A DNA stretch of 64,000 bases from Perkinsela sp. CCAP 1560/9 (Eukaryota > Protista > Euglenozoa: Kinetoplastea). Positions 31,101-42,937 of this stretch are shown here, piece after piece. The stretch lies in contig CBFFSA010000005.1 of the NCBI GenBank assembly GCA_965644495.1, positions 310,001 to 374,000 of the forward strand, read 5' to 3'. Each line of letters opens with the position of its first letter. The first letter of the stretch is position 1. The position numbers and the translations under genes are program-made. The notes under the pieces are model-generated. The model saw only the letters and a list, made by a program, of their open reading frames with translations, was not told the DNA's origin and made no database searches.

Positions 31101-32882
31101 ATGTCCCTTTCCCAAAAACTTCTTCGTCGCAAACCTTTGGGTCACGAACACTCTCTCGGGACGGAACTTAAACGAGTTCTCACGTTAGTCGACCTTATCT
31201 TTGTTGGTATTGGCGCGACTCTGGGTACAGGCGTGTACACGCTCTTAGGAGTTATTGCACACGAGTCGACGGGACCCTCCATTGTCATTTCTTTTTTTCT
31301 TGCGGGACTGGCGAGCATTTTAAGTGCACTATGCTACTCTGAATTTGCCGCGCGCGTGCCACGGGCCGGGTCTGTGTACGAGTACAGCTTCGTGACCATG
31401 GGAGAAGGAATGGCGTGGTTTGCGGGATGGCAGCTCCTTCTGGAATACATCATTGGCACCTCTGCCGTGGCGAAAGGTCTTGTGAACTACTTGAATGCTC
31501 TGGCAAACAATCGGATTCACGAAGCAATGTTAAACAACCTCGGCTGGAATCTCTCCTCCGAACTTTCACCCTACCCCGACTTTGTCTCCGCCGGTTTTAT
31601 CTTGCTGTTGACACTGGTTGTGATGTGCGGAGTCAAGGAATCTGCCACGATGAATAACACCTTGACGGGGTTAAATTGTTGTGTGATTCTGTTCACCGTC
31701 ATCTTGGGTTCCTTCTACGCCGACACGACGAACTTCACGGCCAACTTCAGCCCGTACGGAGTACGAGGCGTTTTTGAAGGTGCGGCCATCTCCTTCTTCT
31801 GTTACGTAGGATTCGACGCCATTGCCACCACCGCGGAAGAGGCAAAGAATCCCAAACGAGATCTCCCCCTCGCCATTGTCAGCTCACTCTGCATCTGCTG
31901 CGTAGGCTACATGGCCTCCGGTCTCATTATCTCCATGCTCCAGCCCTACAACCAGATTGACGTCAACGCTCCCCTTGCCACCGCCTTCTCCGCCCACAAC
32001 GTCCACTGGGCGAAGAACGTCATCGCGGTGGGGGCCGTTTGTGGGTGTTTCAGCAGTCTCCTCATGGGCGTAGTCCCGATGCCGCGCATCGCGTACGCCA
32101 TTGCCAGTGACGGGCTCCTCCCCAAGATGTTCAGCAAGGTCCACCCCCGGTTCCGTACCCCCCACGTCTCCGCCTGGGCCACCGGCCTCCTCGCCGCCCT
32201 ACTCGCCATGATCTTCCCCTACGTCTCCCTGGCCAATCTCATGTCGCTCGGCACACTCATGTGCTACGCCGCGGTGTGTGCCTCCGTCCTCGTCCTGCGC
32301 TACCGAGAGTACGATGAGGAGTGTGCCGCGGGACCGGCGAAGCCCTCGGACCCCTCCAAGGCCCGCAGCGCGGTCGACCCCCACACCCGCGCCCAGCTCT
32401 CGCGGATCGAGGACCCGAACGCGTGGGTGCCGTTCGCGGGGAGCGTGCTGCCCGCGGTGGACCGGGCCCGTGGGGGGGTCCGGCTCTGGGGCTGGTCCAC
32501 CTCCTCCTACGCCGCCTCGTGTGTGCTGATTACGCTCTACACGGGGGCCGCGGTGGTGGTGTGTGTGGTGTATGTGTGCTACGGGGATAGCGCCGGGCGG
32601 GCGTTCTACAGTGTCCTCGGGGTGGGACTGGCGGTGATGGTGTACTGTACGGCCCTGTTGGCGCTGTTGCCGCAGCGGGTTTCGGAGAAAATGAGTTTCT
32701 GCGTGCCGTGGTCGCCGTATATTCCGCTGTTGGCCATGTTGTTCAATGTTTTTCTGCTCATCAATCTTCCGTGGTCAACATGGGTGCGGTTCTCTGTGTG
32801 GTGTGTGATTGGGTTCGTATTATACGTTTTCTATGGAATCAAAAACAGTGTCATTGCGCATCCCGAGGATTTGACTCCATAG
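31101..32882 (+). CDS. Cationic amino acid transporter (APC superfamily, CAT type)
   Basis: GIGATLGTGVY, CYSEFAARVPRAGS, YVGFDAIATTAEEAKNP, C-terminal TWVRFSVW...YGIKNS; ATG at 31101. Confidence 0.93.
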   Translation: MSLSQKLLRRKPLGHEHSLGTELKRVLTLVDLIFVGIGATLGTGVYTLLGVIAHESTGPSIVISFFLAGLASILSALCYSEFAARVPRAGSVYEYSFVTMGEGMAWFAGWQLLLEYIIGTSAVAKGLVNYLNALANNRIHEAMLNNLGWNLSSELSPYPDFVSAGFILLLTLVVMCGVKESATMNNTLTGLNCCVILFTVILGSFYADTTNFTANFSPYGVRGVFEGAAISFFCYVGFDAIATTAEEAKNPKRDLPLAIVSSLCICCVGYMASGLIISMLQPYNQIDVNAPLATAFSAHNVHWAKNVIAVGAVCGCFSSLLMGVVPMPRIAYAIASDGLLPKMFSKVHPRFRTPHVSAWATGLLAALLAMIFPYVSLANLMSLGTLMCYAAVCASVLVLRYREYDEECAAGPAKPSDPSKARSAVDPHTRAQLSRIEDPNAWVPFAGSVLPAVDRARGGVRLWGWSTSSYAASCVLITLYTGAAVVVCVVYVCYGDSAGRAFYSVLGVGLAVMVYCTALLALLPQRVSEKMSFCVPWSPYIPLLAMLFNVFLLINLPWSTWVRFSVWCVIGFVLYVFYGIKNSVIAHPEDLTP

Positions 32883-33528
32883 TTGCGTCCTTTGGATTTT
32901 GTTTCTTCATGTATGCGTGTCATAAATATAGTGTTGGGCTATTTACTGATTGATCCTTTAATAATGATGTTAGTATGATAGATGACTATGGCTATAATAT
33001 GATAAAATATCTGAAAATAAGTTTCATTCTTAGTATTTCTCAAAATAAGTGTTCTAATATTCTCGGTTTCTTTCATAGCTTTAGTATTTTCTATGCATTT
33101 ATTTTTTTTACTTAGTTTTTTATGCCGTGGAAGGGTTCTTAATATAAGGAGAGAGGTAAGAATTAAATGAACGACTCTGACTGATTCACCTTCTAATAAA
33201 TTGTTCGCTTTTAGACTTATAATATCAATCTCTAGTTTTGAATTCTCTCGTCCTTTCCATTTACACTTTTGCGTACAACCATAAGCAGTGTATCAAATGG
33301 TACGATTGTGCCATTAGATACAAGTTAAATATATTCGACTGCAGTGTCCGAAATGAAAAAGATTTAATTTCTCCCTGACGAATTTACATAGGCACGTTTA
33401 GACATTGATGTCGCAATGATTTTATGTCATCGTAAACCGCACTCAGAGGAGCTCTGATTTTGCCGTTGCTTACGGTTGACGATGTCGATACTATGTTGTC
33501 CTAAAAAAAAGTAAGATAGCAAAAACAA

Positions 33529-34329
33529 ATGGGATGCGGGTGTCTAGCCCAAATATGTGATTCATGTCTTCCGATATTTGCGGGACTGCTAGATAGTCGT
33601 GTACGTCGCTCGCTTACTGGCGCAGTTGTTGACACAAATATTTCAACCGAGATTCAACCGTTTAACGTATGTAACTCGTGCAAAGTTAACACCATGAATT
33701 TCTTTGAAGACGTTAGGAGAATAACGATCGGCGTAAGCGCTTGTCTTGTGGGTCATCGCGTGGCATACGATGGTCGACTACGGCCGCCGAGACTAAAATT
33801 CTTATCTCGAGTTTTACCAGCTTTGCCTATTTGTCCAGAATCATTTGGGCTCAAACTAGGTTCACCACGTCGTCCTCTTCATCTGGAAATGGGTCACTTA
33901 CCATCAGGGACGGAGAAGTCAGAAACGTATTCGTCTATGAATCGCGCGCCACAATTGGTGTTTTATAGAAATGGGTACCGTGTTACTGTGGATCATGAAA
34001 TGAAGCAATACGTGTATGAGCGTTTTACATCTGTTTCATCCACAAATCAGCGCATTGATGGGTATATTGGTAAGAGGGGTTCTCCGTCATGCGGTTCACT
34101 AGGAAGTGTTGTTTCCGTATCACGACACACAGGCGGAAAGTTACCACGTGATCCATCCATCGGTGGCAGCTTTGTGGCTGAAATTACAGCCCAACTCGAA
34201 ATACCTACTTGTGACGCCGAAGATATTGATTCAGGAACGAACAAAGACAAGAGTCTTGCCTTTTGGGTTGCCGTACTGCGTCTCAAACGGAAACAAACGC
34301 TTTTCTCGTCAAGAGATATTATACAGTAA
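33529..34329 (+). CDS. DUF523 / 2-thiouracil desulfurase-like Fe-S protein
   Basis: IGVSACLVG..V.YDG, PICPE..GL..PR, GYIGKRGSPSCG, GSF; start codon uncertain. Confidence 0.82.
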   Translation: MGCGCLAQICDSCLPIFAGLLDSRVRRSLTGAVVDTNISTEIQPFNVCNSCKVNTMNFFEDVRRITIGVSACLVGHRVAYDGRLRPPRLKFLSRVLPALPICPESFGLKLGSPRRPLHLEMGHLPSGTEKSETYSSMNRAPQLVFYRNGYRVTVDHEMKQYVYERFTSVSSTNQRIDGYIGKRGSPSCGSLGSVVSVSRHTGGKLPRDPSIGGSFVAEITAQLEIPTCDAEDIDSGTNKDKSLAFWVAVLRLKRKQTLFSSRDIIQ

Positions 34330-34753
34330 AACGTGTATGATGCACGATTTCAATAGCATTTACAGACTGTAACTTACTGTGCTTAGCTTTGACTAAATGC
34401 AGTCGTCTACAAATCACCATGAAAAATCTAGGAGAAATAGAGTGTCTACGAAAAAAGGAGACCTTGCCCCCCAACAGTATTTCATCCCGTGTGAGGCAAG
34501 GCAGAGGGAGGCCTTAACCTCCCTGAAAAGTTATAAAGTTAGGTAAGGGGTATAAAGTGAGGTAACGTTGGGCAAGGTTCATGCTCATACTGGGTAAACA
34601 TACAGTAGAGGCACATAAAGATAGAATACAGTGTATAGAGGCAATACCGCGTCTGTAGACCTCCCCGGGGTCGCGATATTATTCGCAAAAACAAATGCAA
34701 TTTATATCTTAAGTTTTCAGTATGCTAAAATCCGCATTTTTCTTACATATAAA

Positions 34754-35485
34754 ATGTTTATGGCTTCAATTTGGTTACTTCTTCCACTGCTGGGGGCTGA
34801 ATCACAGGTCCCTCGTAGGCCGGGGAAAGTGCGTGGGTCTCATATGCCCGCCGAGTTTGTTCTTCCCATAATTATTTCTAACATTGAAAATCCCCCTTCG
34901 TCATGGTCGGACCCACACCACGCGTGCACGTGGCCGGGCGTGTTATGTGATGATTTAGCACAGTTGATTGCGATTAACTGGAGTGGTCGGCAACTTCGCG
35001 GGAATATTCGATGGGATGGCCTCCCCTTCTCTTTGTTGCGTCTTGATCTTGGAAAAGATAAATATCACTCAAATTTTTTAAAAGGTGATTTTCAACTTTG
35101 CACTGTTCCATCTCTGGTTACCAATTTAGATGTCAATGAAAATTTGTATCGTCACACACTGGACATGACGTCTCTTCCGGGTGCCGCACAGTCATTTTCA
35201 TTTCAAAAAAATCGATTCCGGGGCCACGTAGACCTAACAAGCCTTCCAACCGGCCTTCTTGAGCTCAATCTTTCTCAGAATATGTTTAGTGGAAATTTAA
35301 ATTTTGAGCATATCCCTTGTGGAATGCGAACGCTACGCCTTGGTCGCAATCGGTTTGAAGGCATTGTCGATTTTAGCCAACTTCCAAAGGGCATGGTTTT
35401 GCTTGACCTGGACGAAAACTACTGTGTGCTCCTCAGTGATAAAGTGCCGAACTTTGTGCATGTTGGCCTGCAAGTTGAGCTGTAG
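34754..35485 (+). CDS. Signal-peptide leucine-rich repeat protein
   Basis: CTWPGVLC cap; repeats of N.F.G..DL..LP..L..L.L; ATG 34754 precedes a hydrophobic stretch. Confidence 0.88.
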   Translation: MFMASIWLLLPLLGAESQVPRRPGKVRGSHMPAEFVLPIIISNIENPPSSWSDPHHACTWPGVLCDDLAQLIAINWSGRQLRGNIRWDGLPFSLLRLDLGKDKYHSNFLKGDFQLCTVPSLVTNLDVNENLYRHTLDMTSLPGAAQSFSFQKNRFRGHVDLTSLPTGLLELNLSQNMFSGNLNFEHIPCGMRTLRLGRNRFEGIVDFSQLPKGMVLLDLDENYCVLLSDKVPNFVHVGLQVEL

Positions 35486-35791
35486 TAGTTGTAGTATCTG
35501 TAACTGTTTGGTACAGGGGTCCGCATATTCCTGATGAAAGCCTAATTGCACAATGTACGTTGCGCAAGATGCAACGTGTTATACTATTAAAAAAATGTTA
35601 TAAAATTTTACAGGTTATAATAACCTGTAGTAAAATACTTGTACACGCATCCTACAAATGTAATTGGACATCGTTATTGGGGAATAATTTTTCTAATTCC
35701 TTTTAATTGATATTGATTTTTTCGGCTATTTTTCTCTACAGCAAGTGCGAAAGAAGTAAACGAGTACATAGATTTAGAAACTGACGTATAC

Positions 35792-36550
35792 ATGTCCTGG
35801 CAGGGCGGTAGTAGTATTTTTCATAGTAGAACAAAAGGTCGACTGCATACAGGCGCACATCGCCGTCGAATGCCTTGGTCGTATGTAAAAGAAAAGTTTC
35901 CGCGGATTGTATTAAACCAACGTGACCGGACCCTTCTGGACGGATCCGAACTTCCCATAGGCATTGAACGTGCTGTACAAAAGGACCCCATGGATATCTT
36001 AAAATACATTGTTGCTCGCCACGAGTACGACCGAAGTACCGGGGAAACACTTCTACAGATTGCCTGCAGAATGCCCTGCATGGGCAGGGGGCAAAAATTC
36101 TATCGCAAAGAATGGATGGAGGGCACATACGAAAAGTTTGTTACTTTATGTCATGTCTCACCGGAGCCCAAGAATTGTAAATTAGGCACTGCATTCGGGT
36201 ATTTAACCTTTCACGGGGAGAGCTCTCTTCGGCCTATCGAAATTGATGCAGCTGATGTTCCGGGTTGGTATTCTGACTTTGACGCATCGAGGGCCATTCC
36301 ACATACTGCCGCAGTTCCCGCCCCTGAGAGCATAGGGACCGAAATTCCTATCGACACATCATTGTACCGAGTGCGATCCTATCCTTGCTATGAACCACCT
36401 CCTCCACCTCAGTACGTCGAACAGCTGCTGAAGGACCGCGGAGTTCTCCCTAGTGTTTTTCCAAGCAACTCTGATAACAAAGCTGCACAGTCAGATACTG
36501 AATCGGCGGATTCTTCAGTGGAATACACACCAAATTACCCACCTTCGTGA
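35792..36550 (+). CDS. MRPS34: Mitochondrial ribosomal protein mS34
   Basis: TLLQIACRMPCMGRGQKFYR.EW...GTAFGYLTFHG matches the mS34 pattern. Confidence 0.72.
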   Translation: MSWQGGSSIFHSRTKGRLHTGAHRRRMPWSYVKEKFPRIVLNQRDRTLLDGSELPIGIERAVQKDPMDILKYIVARHEYDRSTGETLLQIACRMPCMGRGQKFYRKEWMEGTYEKFVTLCHVSPEPKNCKLGTAFGYLTFHGESSLRPIEIDAADVPGWYSDFDASRAIPHTAAVPAPESIGTEIPIDTSLYRVRSYPCYEPPPPPQYVEQLLKDRGVLPSVFPSNSDNKAAQSDTESADSSVEYTPNYPPS

Positions 36551-36753
36551 GTCCTACGTTTTCTTTTGAAGAGACACGTCCGTAAGAAGAAATTTATTGT
36601 GTACTGATAATCTACAACCTAAATAAACAACACTCCAAAGAAAGTATTTAATCGCGTGTATTCCACTACATTTTTCATGCTGTTGAGTTCATCTTCAGAA
36701 GCGAGTCGTTATACATAACTTTCTTTGCATACAATAAGATTGTCAGAACTTAA

Positions 36754-38670
36754 ATGACTCGCACTGAAGTTTACAGCCGGCACTCGCAAAAAGAAAGTGA
36801 GGAAGATCTCACACGAATTGCAATTGTGAATCCCGATCGATGCAAACCGAAAAAATGTAAACTGGAGTGTAAAAAATCGTGTCCTGTCGTCCGCGGTGGT
36901 CAGTTATGTATAGAAGTCACGGCATTGGATAAAGTTGCAAAAATTTCAGAAGAGCTTTGCATTGGGTGCGGCATCTGTCCAAAGAAATGTCCTTTCCAAG
37001 CGATTAGTATTATTAATCTTCCTAAAAACGTTTCACGATTTACTACACACCGGTACGGACCTAATACTTTTAAGCTGCATCGTCTGCCCTTGCCTCGGCG
37101 AGGCCAAGTGCTAGGCCTTGTTGGTGCCAATGGTACAGGGAAATCAACAGCTCTTAAAATTTTACAAGGAAAAATTAAGCCCAATCTTGGAAAATTCGAT
37201 TCTCCACCCACGTGGGTTGACATTTTAAAATATTTTCGTGGTTCCGAGCATCAAGCCTACTTTCAAAGTCTTGTAGAAGAGAGGTGTATTTCATCCTCAA
37301 AAATACAGTACGTAGATGAGCTACCGCGTCTTATCAACGGTACAGTGCGAGATGTGCTCACATCTCAAGATGAACGAGGTGAAATGGAAAAATACGTAAA
37401 AGAGCTTCATCTTGAGTCTGTTCTTGACCGGAATATTTCAGTCCTTTCAGGTGGGGAGCTCCAGCGGTTCGCCATAGCACTGACATGTTTGGCAAAGGCC
37501 GATGTCTATATGTTCGACGAACCCTCCTCGTACCTTGACATCAAACAGCGTCTTTTCGTTGCCCGCATCATTCGAGACATGGCGACTGAGGACTCGTATG
37601 CCATAGTTGTGGAACATGATCTTGCTGTTCTAGACTATATGTCGGACTTTATTTGCGTTCTTTATGGCACACCGGGTGCATATGGTGTAGTGACTATGCC
37701 TTTTGGCGTGAAGGACGGCATCAATGTCTTCTTGGACGGTTTTGTACCAACCGAGAACCTTCGGTTTCGGGAGGAAGGACTGACCTTTCGAATGCTAGAG
37801 AGCAATAGTGAGGAGATATACAGCAAACGACATGCACGTTACAAATATCCTGGCATGGAAAAGACTATGGGTAAAGATGGATTTAAGCTTTCCGTTTCTT
37901 CAGGCACGTTTACTGATTCAGAATGCATCGTTTTGCTGGGGGAAAATGGAACTGGAAAAACTACTTTTATTCGTCTGCTAGCAGGGATTGAAAAGGCTGA
38001 CGATGCAGATGTTGAACTTCCTCGCATGGTTGTGTCCTACAAGCCCCAGAAAATTGCACCTAAGTTTCAAGGAACTGTTCGAGAGCTCCTCGAAAAAAAG
38101 ATATATGCGGCTCTTAATCACGCACAGTTTCAAACGGATGTAACTCGACCATTGCGTATTGATGAACTTATGGATCTCGCGGTATTAAATCTCTCAGGGG
38201 GTGAACTACAGCGCGTAGCCATTGTTCTTGCCCTCGGAACACCTGCTGACGTATATTTACTCGACGAGCCTTCGGCGTACCTCGACAGTGAACAACGGTT
38301 AAATGCGTCAAAAGTTATAAAGCGCTTTATACTGCATTCAAAAAAGAGCGCTTTTGTCGTAGAACATGATTTTATTATGGCTTCATATCTTGCTGACAAA
38401 GTCATTGTGTACACAGGGGAACCAGGTCGTAAGTGCCATGCCGGCTCTCCAATGTCTATGATGGAAGGAATGAATACGTTTCTTCGGCAACTAGGTGTCA
38501 CAATCCGAAGTGATCCTATGAATTTTAGGCCTCGAGTAAATAAAAACGGATCGGTCAAGGATCGTGAACAAAAAGAAAGTGGCAATTATTTTTTTTCTGA
38601 AGCGAATATGGGCGGAAATACGAAAACAAATAAAAACGAAAAACCGATGCACAAATCTGGAGAGGATTAA
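36754..38670 (+). CDS. ABCE1: Ribosome recycling ATPase ABCE1/RLI1
   Basis: [33 protein letters not shown] Fe-S domain, two ABC cassettes with LSGGELQR. Confidence 0.98.
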   Translation: MTRTEVYSRHSQKESEEDLTRIAIVNPDRCKPKKCKLECKKSCPVVRGGQLCIEVTALDKVAKISEELCIGCGICPKKCPFQAISIINLPKNVSRFTTHRYGPNTFKLHRLPLPRRGQVLGLVGANGTGKSTALKILQGKIKPNLGKFDSPPTWVDILKYFRGSEHQAYFQSLVEERCISSSKIQYVDELPRLINGTVRDVLTSQDERGEMEKYVKELHLESVLDRNISVLSGGELQRFAIALTCLAKADVYMFDEPSSYLDIKQRLFVARIIRDMATEDSYAIVVEHDLAVLDYMSDFICVLYGTPGAYGVVTMPFGVKDGINVFLDGFVPTENLRFREEGLTFRMLESNSEEIYSKRHARYKYPGMEKTMGKDGFKLSVSSGTFTDSECIVLLGENGTGKTTFIRLLAGIEKADDADVELPRMVVSYKPQKIAPKFQGTVRELLEKKIYAALNHAQFQTDVTRPLRIDELMDLAVLNLSGGELQRVAIVLALGTPADVYLLDEPSAYLDSEQRLNASKVIKRFILHSKKSAFVVEHDFIMASYLADKVIVYTGEPGRKCHAGSPMSMMEGMNTFLRQLGVTIRSDPMNFRPRVNKNGSVKDREQKESGNYFFSEANMGGNTKTNKNEKPMHKSGED

Positions 38671-39243
38671 CGAATGCCTATTGAAATACAATCAGTTTAT
38701 ATCACATGTAGTCGGAGTATGAATGTGCTACCCTTTAACAATCAAACGACATCCACATGTGACAGAGAGTGTAACATGTAACATGTATGTACATGTTCTA
38801 TGTACGTCTTGAACTAGTACTGATTTAAAGGTCAGTTACCACATCAAGATATTTTTCGCTTCGTGTGTGTTAAAAAAATGTTTTTATTCATATTTTTAAT
38901 ATTTATCGTTGAATTTAGTATCATGTGAATTAAACTGATTCGATGGTAGAACCATTTCCAAAAAAAGAATAGAAGACACGCATGTTGATTTCATAGTTGT
39001 TTTTTTGTTAAATAGCTTATCTAAAGCAAACGAAAAGGGACATTTCTCGTTTTTGAAGAATTGAAATATTCATTTAGGGGACTTTTTGGTGAGAACCTGC
39101 AGTGTAGTGGCTAACGAGACAATGTTTACAGAACAATATGTAGAACGCAATTTGTTTTAAAAATCGCATACGTTTCCTCTTTTATCCATATTGCTACCTA
39201 TTTTATAAGCTTCTGCGTGATCTACTAGGCTGAGCGAACAATA

Positions 39244-40611
39244 ATGAATGGTGTCACAGGTTTTCTTCGGAAACAAAGAACTGGTCGATCTGCGTTTCAC
39301 TTTACAGAGCATCGTCTGATCGAGAGGTCTTCAATGTTCAAATCTATGCCGTCAGAAAGTGTGAAGTCCTTTGCAGATCATGAGCTGGTTGGACTTCATA
39401 AATCGTATCGCTCTCTTTCTTTCTCTGGGCAGCTGGAGCTCATGCAAGTTACAAGGCAACGGATCTGCAAGTCGCAGGATGAAGCATCCCAGTGCCTTAG
39501 CAAAAATATGGATCTTCTCTTGGAATTGTTAGAGTACATGGGTCGAAATCATAATTATGACGCTGCACTGTCATTTTATGTTGTGGAAAGTTTGAAATCG
39601 TTCCAAAGTGGAGAGTGGAATGCTGAGAGGGCGGTTCAGTATTTGCAAGCGCTCTCAATTTATCGTTATCTATATGATTACAGCCTCCAAAAGAAATGTC
39701 TTGAATGCTTAAGCGCCGAAGTAAATATCCGTTCTCTGACGTCAAACACTCAACTGAGACTTTTAGAAATTGCACAGAATGTAGGTTTGTCTTCAGAATT
39801 TCTTGAACTATTGTGCGATATATTTAGAGATCGAATTTCACAACGATTAGACTTCTTGTCACAAGGTGGCGACGGGGGAGTGATCAATGGATCCAAAAAA
39901 GCAATGGAAAAACAACCCGATTCCGAGGACTTATCCGCCAATCTTGGTCGACTTTGCTTACGAGTTGCGCAAACTCTGCAACTGGCTAATCTGGATCACG
40001 AAGGGCTTTGTTCCATACTGCAAAAGTGGTATGTTCTGAAGTACGAGGTTACTTGCGTTCGGAAGCAATCAAGTGAAGAGAAAAGTCCATCACAAGTAAC
40101 AGAAATAAATCCGTTAGACGTGGCTTCCGAATTGGATTTCAGTGAACACATTGTTATTGCACAAGCGGTTCTCTCTGCCCGTATAATGCATACTTTTGCC
40201 GTAGCATTTTCTAGGAATATTAGTCACCACTTAAGAAACATTGGGGGACATGCTCTATCCAGTGCGGTCGTTTGTCTCGAGGGCTGTGGGGCCCTTGATG
40301 AGCAGTACATGCGAAAATATATTCTTCCTGCGCTCAACGACTGCTTGTCGAAGTTTACCTGTGTAGACTGCATTCGTATGATTGGGGCTCTAGGGAGATC
40401 CGCGTGTCTTCAGTCGTGCATTGCATCAGCAGTTCTTCCGTTGTCGCGAAAGATACGATCAGAAGTTTATGATCTTAAATTCTGTCCACAACAAGCTGCA
40501 TTGGAAGCTATCCCTGGTATTCGACGTTTGATAGGGATGGGAATTCTTGATCGCGGAGTGGAACACAGGATACGCCAAGCCACACCGGCTCTAAGCGATA
40601 AGCGAATGTAG
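39244..40611 (+). CDS. Hypothetical helical-repeat protein (possibly mitochondrial)
   Basis: 455-aa ATG ORF, Leu-rich helical character, Arg-rich N-terminus. Confidence 0.7.
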   Translation: MNGVTGFLRKQRTGRSAFHFTEHRLIERSSMFKSMPSESVKSFADHELVGLHKSYRSLSFSGQLELMQVTRQRICKSQDEASQCLSKNMDLLLELLEYMGRNHNYDAALSFYVVESLKSFQSGEWNAERAVQYLQALSIYRYLYDYSLQKKCLECLSAEVNIRSLTSNTQLRLLEIAQNVGLSSEFLELLCDIFRDRISQRLDFLSQGGDGGVINGSKKAMEKQPDSEDLSANLGRLCLRVAQTLQLANLDHEGLCSILQKWYVLKYEVTCVRKQSSEEKSPSQVTEINPLDVASELDFSEHIVIAQAVLSARIMHTFAVAFSRNISHHLRNIGGHALSSAVVCLEGCGALDEQYMRKYILPALNDCLSKFTCVDCIRMIGALGRSACLQSCIASAVLPLSRKIRSEVYDLKFCPQQAALEAIPGIRRLIGMGILDRGVEHRIRQATPALSDKRM

Positions 40612-40989
40612 CCTAGCCAAGTCCTGAATCGTCAGTAGTAGTACTTTCATTTCCATTCTGAAATGCATCATAGTGGTTCTAAATCAGAGTCCACATCAGA
40701 AAACGTCTGAAAACTAACGAATCAGATTGCTAATAGTAATATGGCGTAGCTTTCCGCGAACTAAAGGACTTCCCTACAAGGCATTAAAATCGAGCAACAC
40801 TGTTATTCGAATGTTTCAATAAAATTGCTGGTGAAAGTGAAGCATTATTGCGCCAAAAGAACACTTTTTTACGTTTTTCAAATATTGGTTTGAACCAAGT
40901 ATGTTTTCTTTTAGAGCGTGTCAGATTATTAAAAATACAAACTTTTTTCACGGTTTATCACTATGAACTCCGCACAAAAACACAATTAA

Positions 40990-41230
40990 TTAAGTTGTCT
41001 GCTGGAAGCCGAACCGTAACGCGCACTGATTGCTGGCGATCGAGTCGCTCGCTGGGAAACGACTTGCGGCATGAGACAGTTAATCATCGGCGATCTTTGG
41101 TGCACACCAACATTGTTGAACGCATGAATGAGATGCTCAAGAAGGCAGTACGATCCCGTGGGAATGGGACCCTTGGGTGCTTTGATGAAGAATGAAAAGA
41201 TCGACCAAAGTTTAGCGAAGAAGTCGTCAA
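40990..41230 (+). pseudogene. Merlin transposase C-terminal remnant
   Basis: RTDCWRS..SL....HETVNH....VHTNIVERMNEMLK, parallel to the 21978-22406 ORF. Confidence 0.75.
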
Positions 41231-42937
41231 TGATCTGAAGATCGGAAATAGCGGGGGAAATCCTTTATAAAGCGCTTTTTAAAATCCTTTTAAACGCTTT
41301 TTTTAAATCCTTTAAAAAGGCGAAATTAAAAGAAATAAGTACTAGCGGCCCATAAACCTAAAAAAATATCTTCATTTATTTTTTTTTCAAAAAAGGCTCA
41401 ATAATGCTTCACTTTGACCAAATTGCTCTCCAACAATTGTGGAAGTATACATGGCATAAAGATGACCAGGAGAGACATTTCCAATACCTCGTGATCGTCA
41501 CTGGACACTATGCAGTTATCCTGTTCTATCCTGTGCCATTTCGTGCCTTCCACACCGATTTTTTTTGCCACAATGGCCACCTTTGGCGCTCACCTACATG
41601 TGAGCCTTTGCACCCACTTACAACAAAAAAGGGGTGGGAGGTAAACTCAGAGAAGGGGTATGAAGGGTAGCCTAATATAATAATTCATGATCGAGTATCA
41701 AATATTAGTACAAGTTCTTACTTAGGTAAACACAGAGATTAACTGCTTTTTATCTTACATTACCTACTTAGCTTAAAATTGCGCTTTATGCTCTATAGAA
41801 GCTTTGTGCTCTTTTATTAAGAAGCTTTATGTCATAAAGAGCATAATATGATCTTTAAATATTCCGTAATCCTAACTCGTTCTGGTGTAAAAGGAGACTC
41901 CCCACCTTCACCTTCTGTAAATGCACTTCAAGATTATGAATTATCAAAGAATGTGCTAGCCACTGGCCTATACAACAGTGGTTGAAAATGTGTTCAACAC
42001 GGTCGTGAAAATGAGATAATCAGAAAAAAGTTTCGTAAAATCCACCATCTTACAAAGCCCTAACTCCGTGAGAAGAAAGAAAACCGAGTACACCAGTCCT
42101 GAATCACAGAATCAGATAAAGCACTGCAATCTAGTCACCCCAAAAAAAACGAACCCTGTCAAGGTGCACCCTATCATATCTTTGTGCACGTGTTCCCCAT
42201 ACTTTGGTTAATTCAGATGCTTGCACGTGGGTTGGCACGACGAACCTCTTTAGTCAAGACTTTAGAAAGTTTGTCACGCTCGTCCTTACGTTGATCAATA
42301 CATCTCATCAATCTAACCCGCAGTATTAGAACGTGTGTAGGAGGAGCCCACATGCTCAGCAGAAGTATGCCAGTGGAGGGTACGTCTTTGGGATATGATG
42401 ACATCTTGAAGTACTGAGTCGAAAGAAGACGTACGGAGTGCAAAAACTTTACATACTCGTCGCTTCGAGAACACGCATTTATTTTGTACAAGTATTTCAA
42501 TTACTTCTGCAAAACGGCGGATGTATCGTATATCTGCATTTTGCACTGTAGTGCGACCTCTCTACATTATTCTCCGTCTTGCTCTCCATTCTTGCTTACA
42601 AAATATTGTGTGAGTTTCACTTAAAATCTTAGTTACTTATTTTTGCCGTTTCGAGTATGGCTTGCATTTTACGCGAGCTGCTTGACCGATTTCTTATTAT
42701 AGTGCTTTACATAATAAGCATGATTACTACTTCTTGTAAAGATTGATGTGATATCTCTGCTAGTATAGTAGCGACTACGTAGTAGTACACTACGTACGTA
42801 GTGTAAGTGATTATAGTAGACAATCGTAAAGTATTTCCTTCAAGCTTTGCATTATACAAAGCTGTTTAGCTTACAAAGCTTTACAATCATCCTGTACATG
42901 TAGGATAATGAGCTCCTGAGCTCTTTTTATACGTAAA

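Noticed and set aside
42213-42546. Short minus-strand ORFs
   Set aside because: No family motif, against the cluster strand, broken by stops
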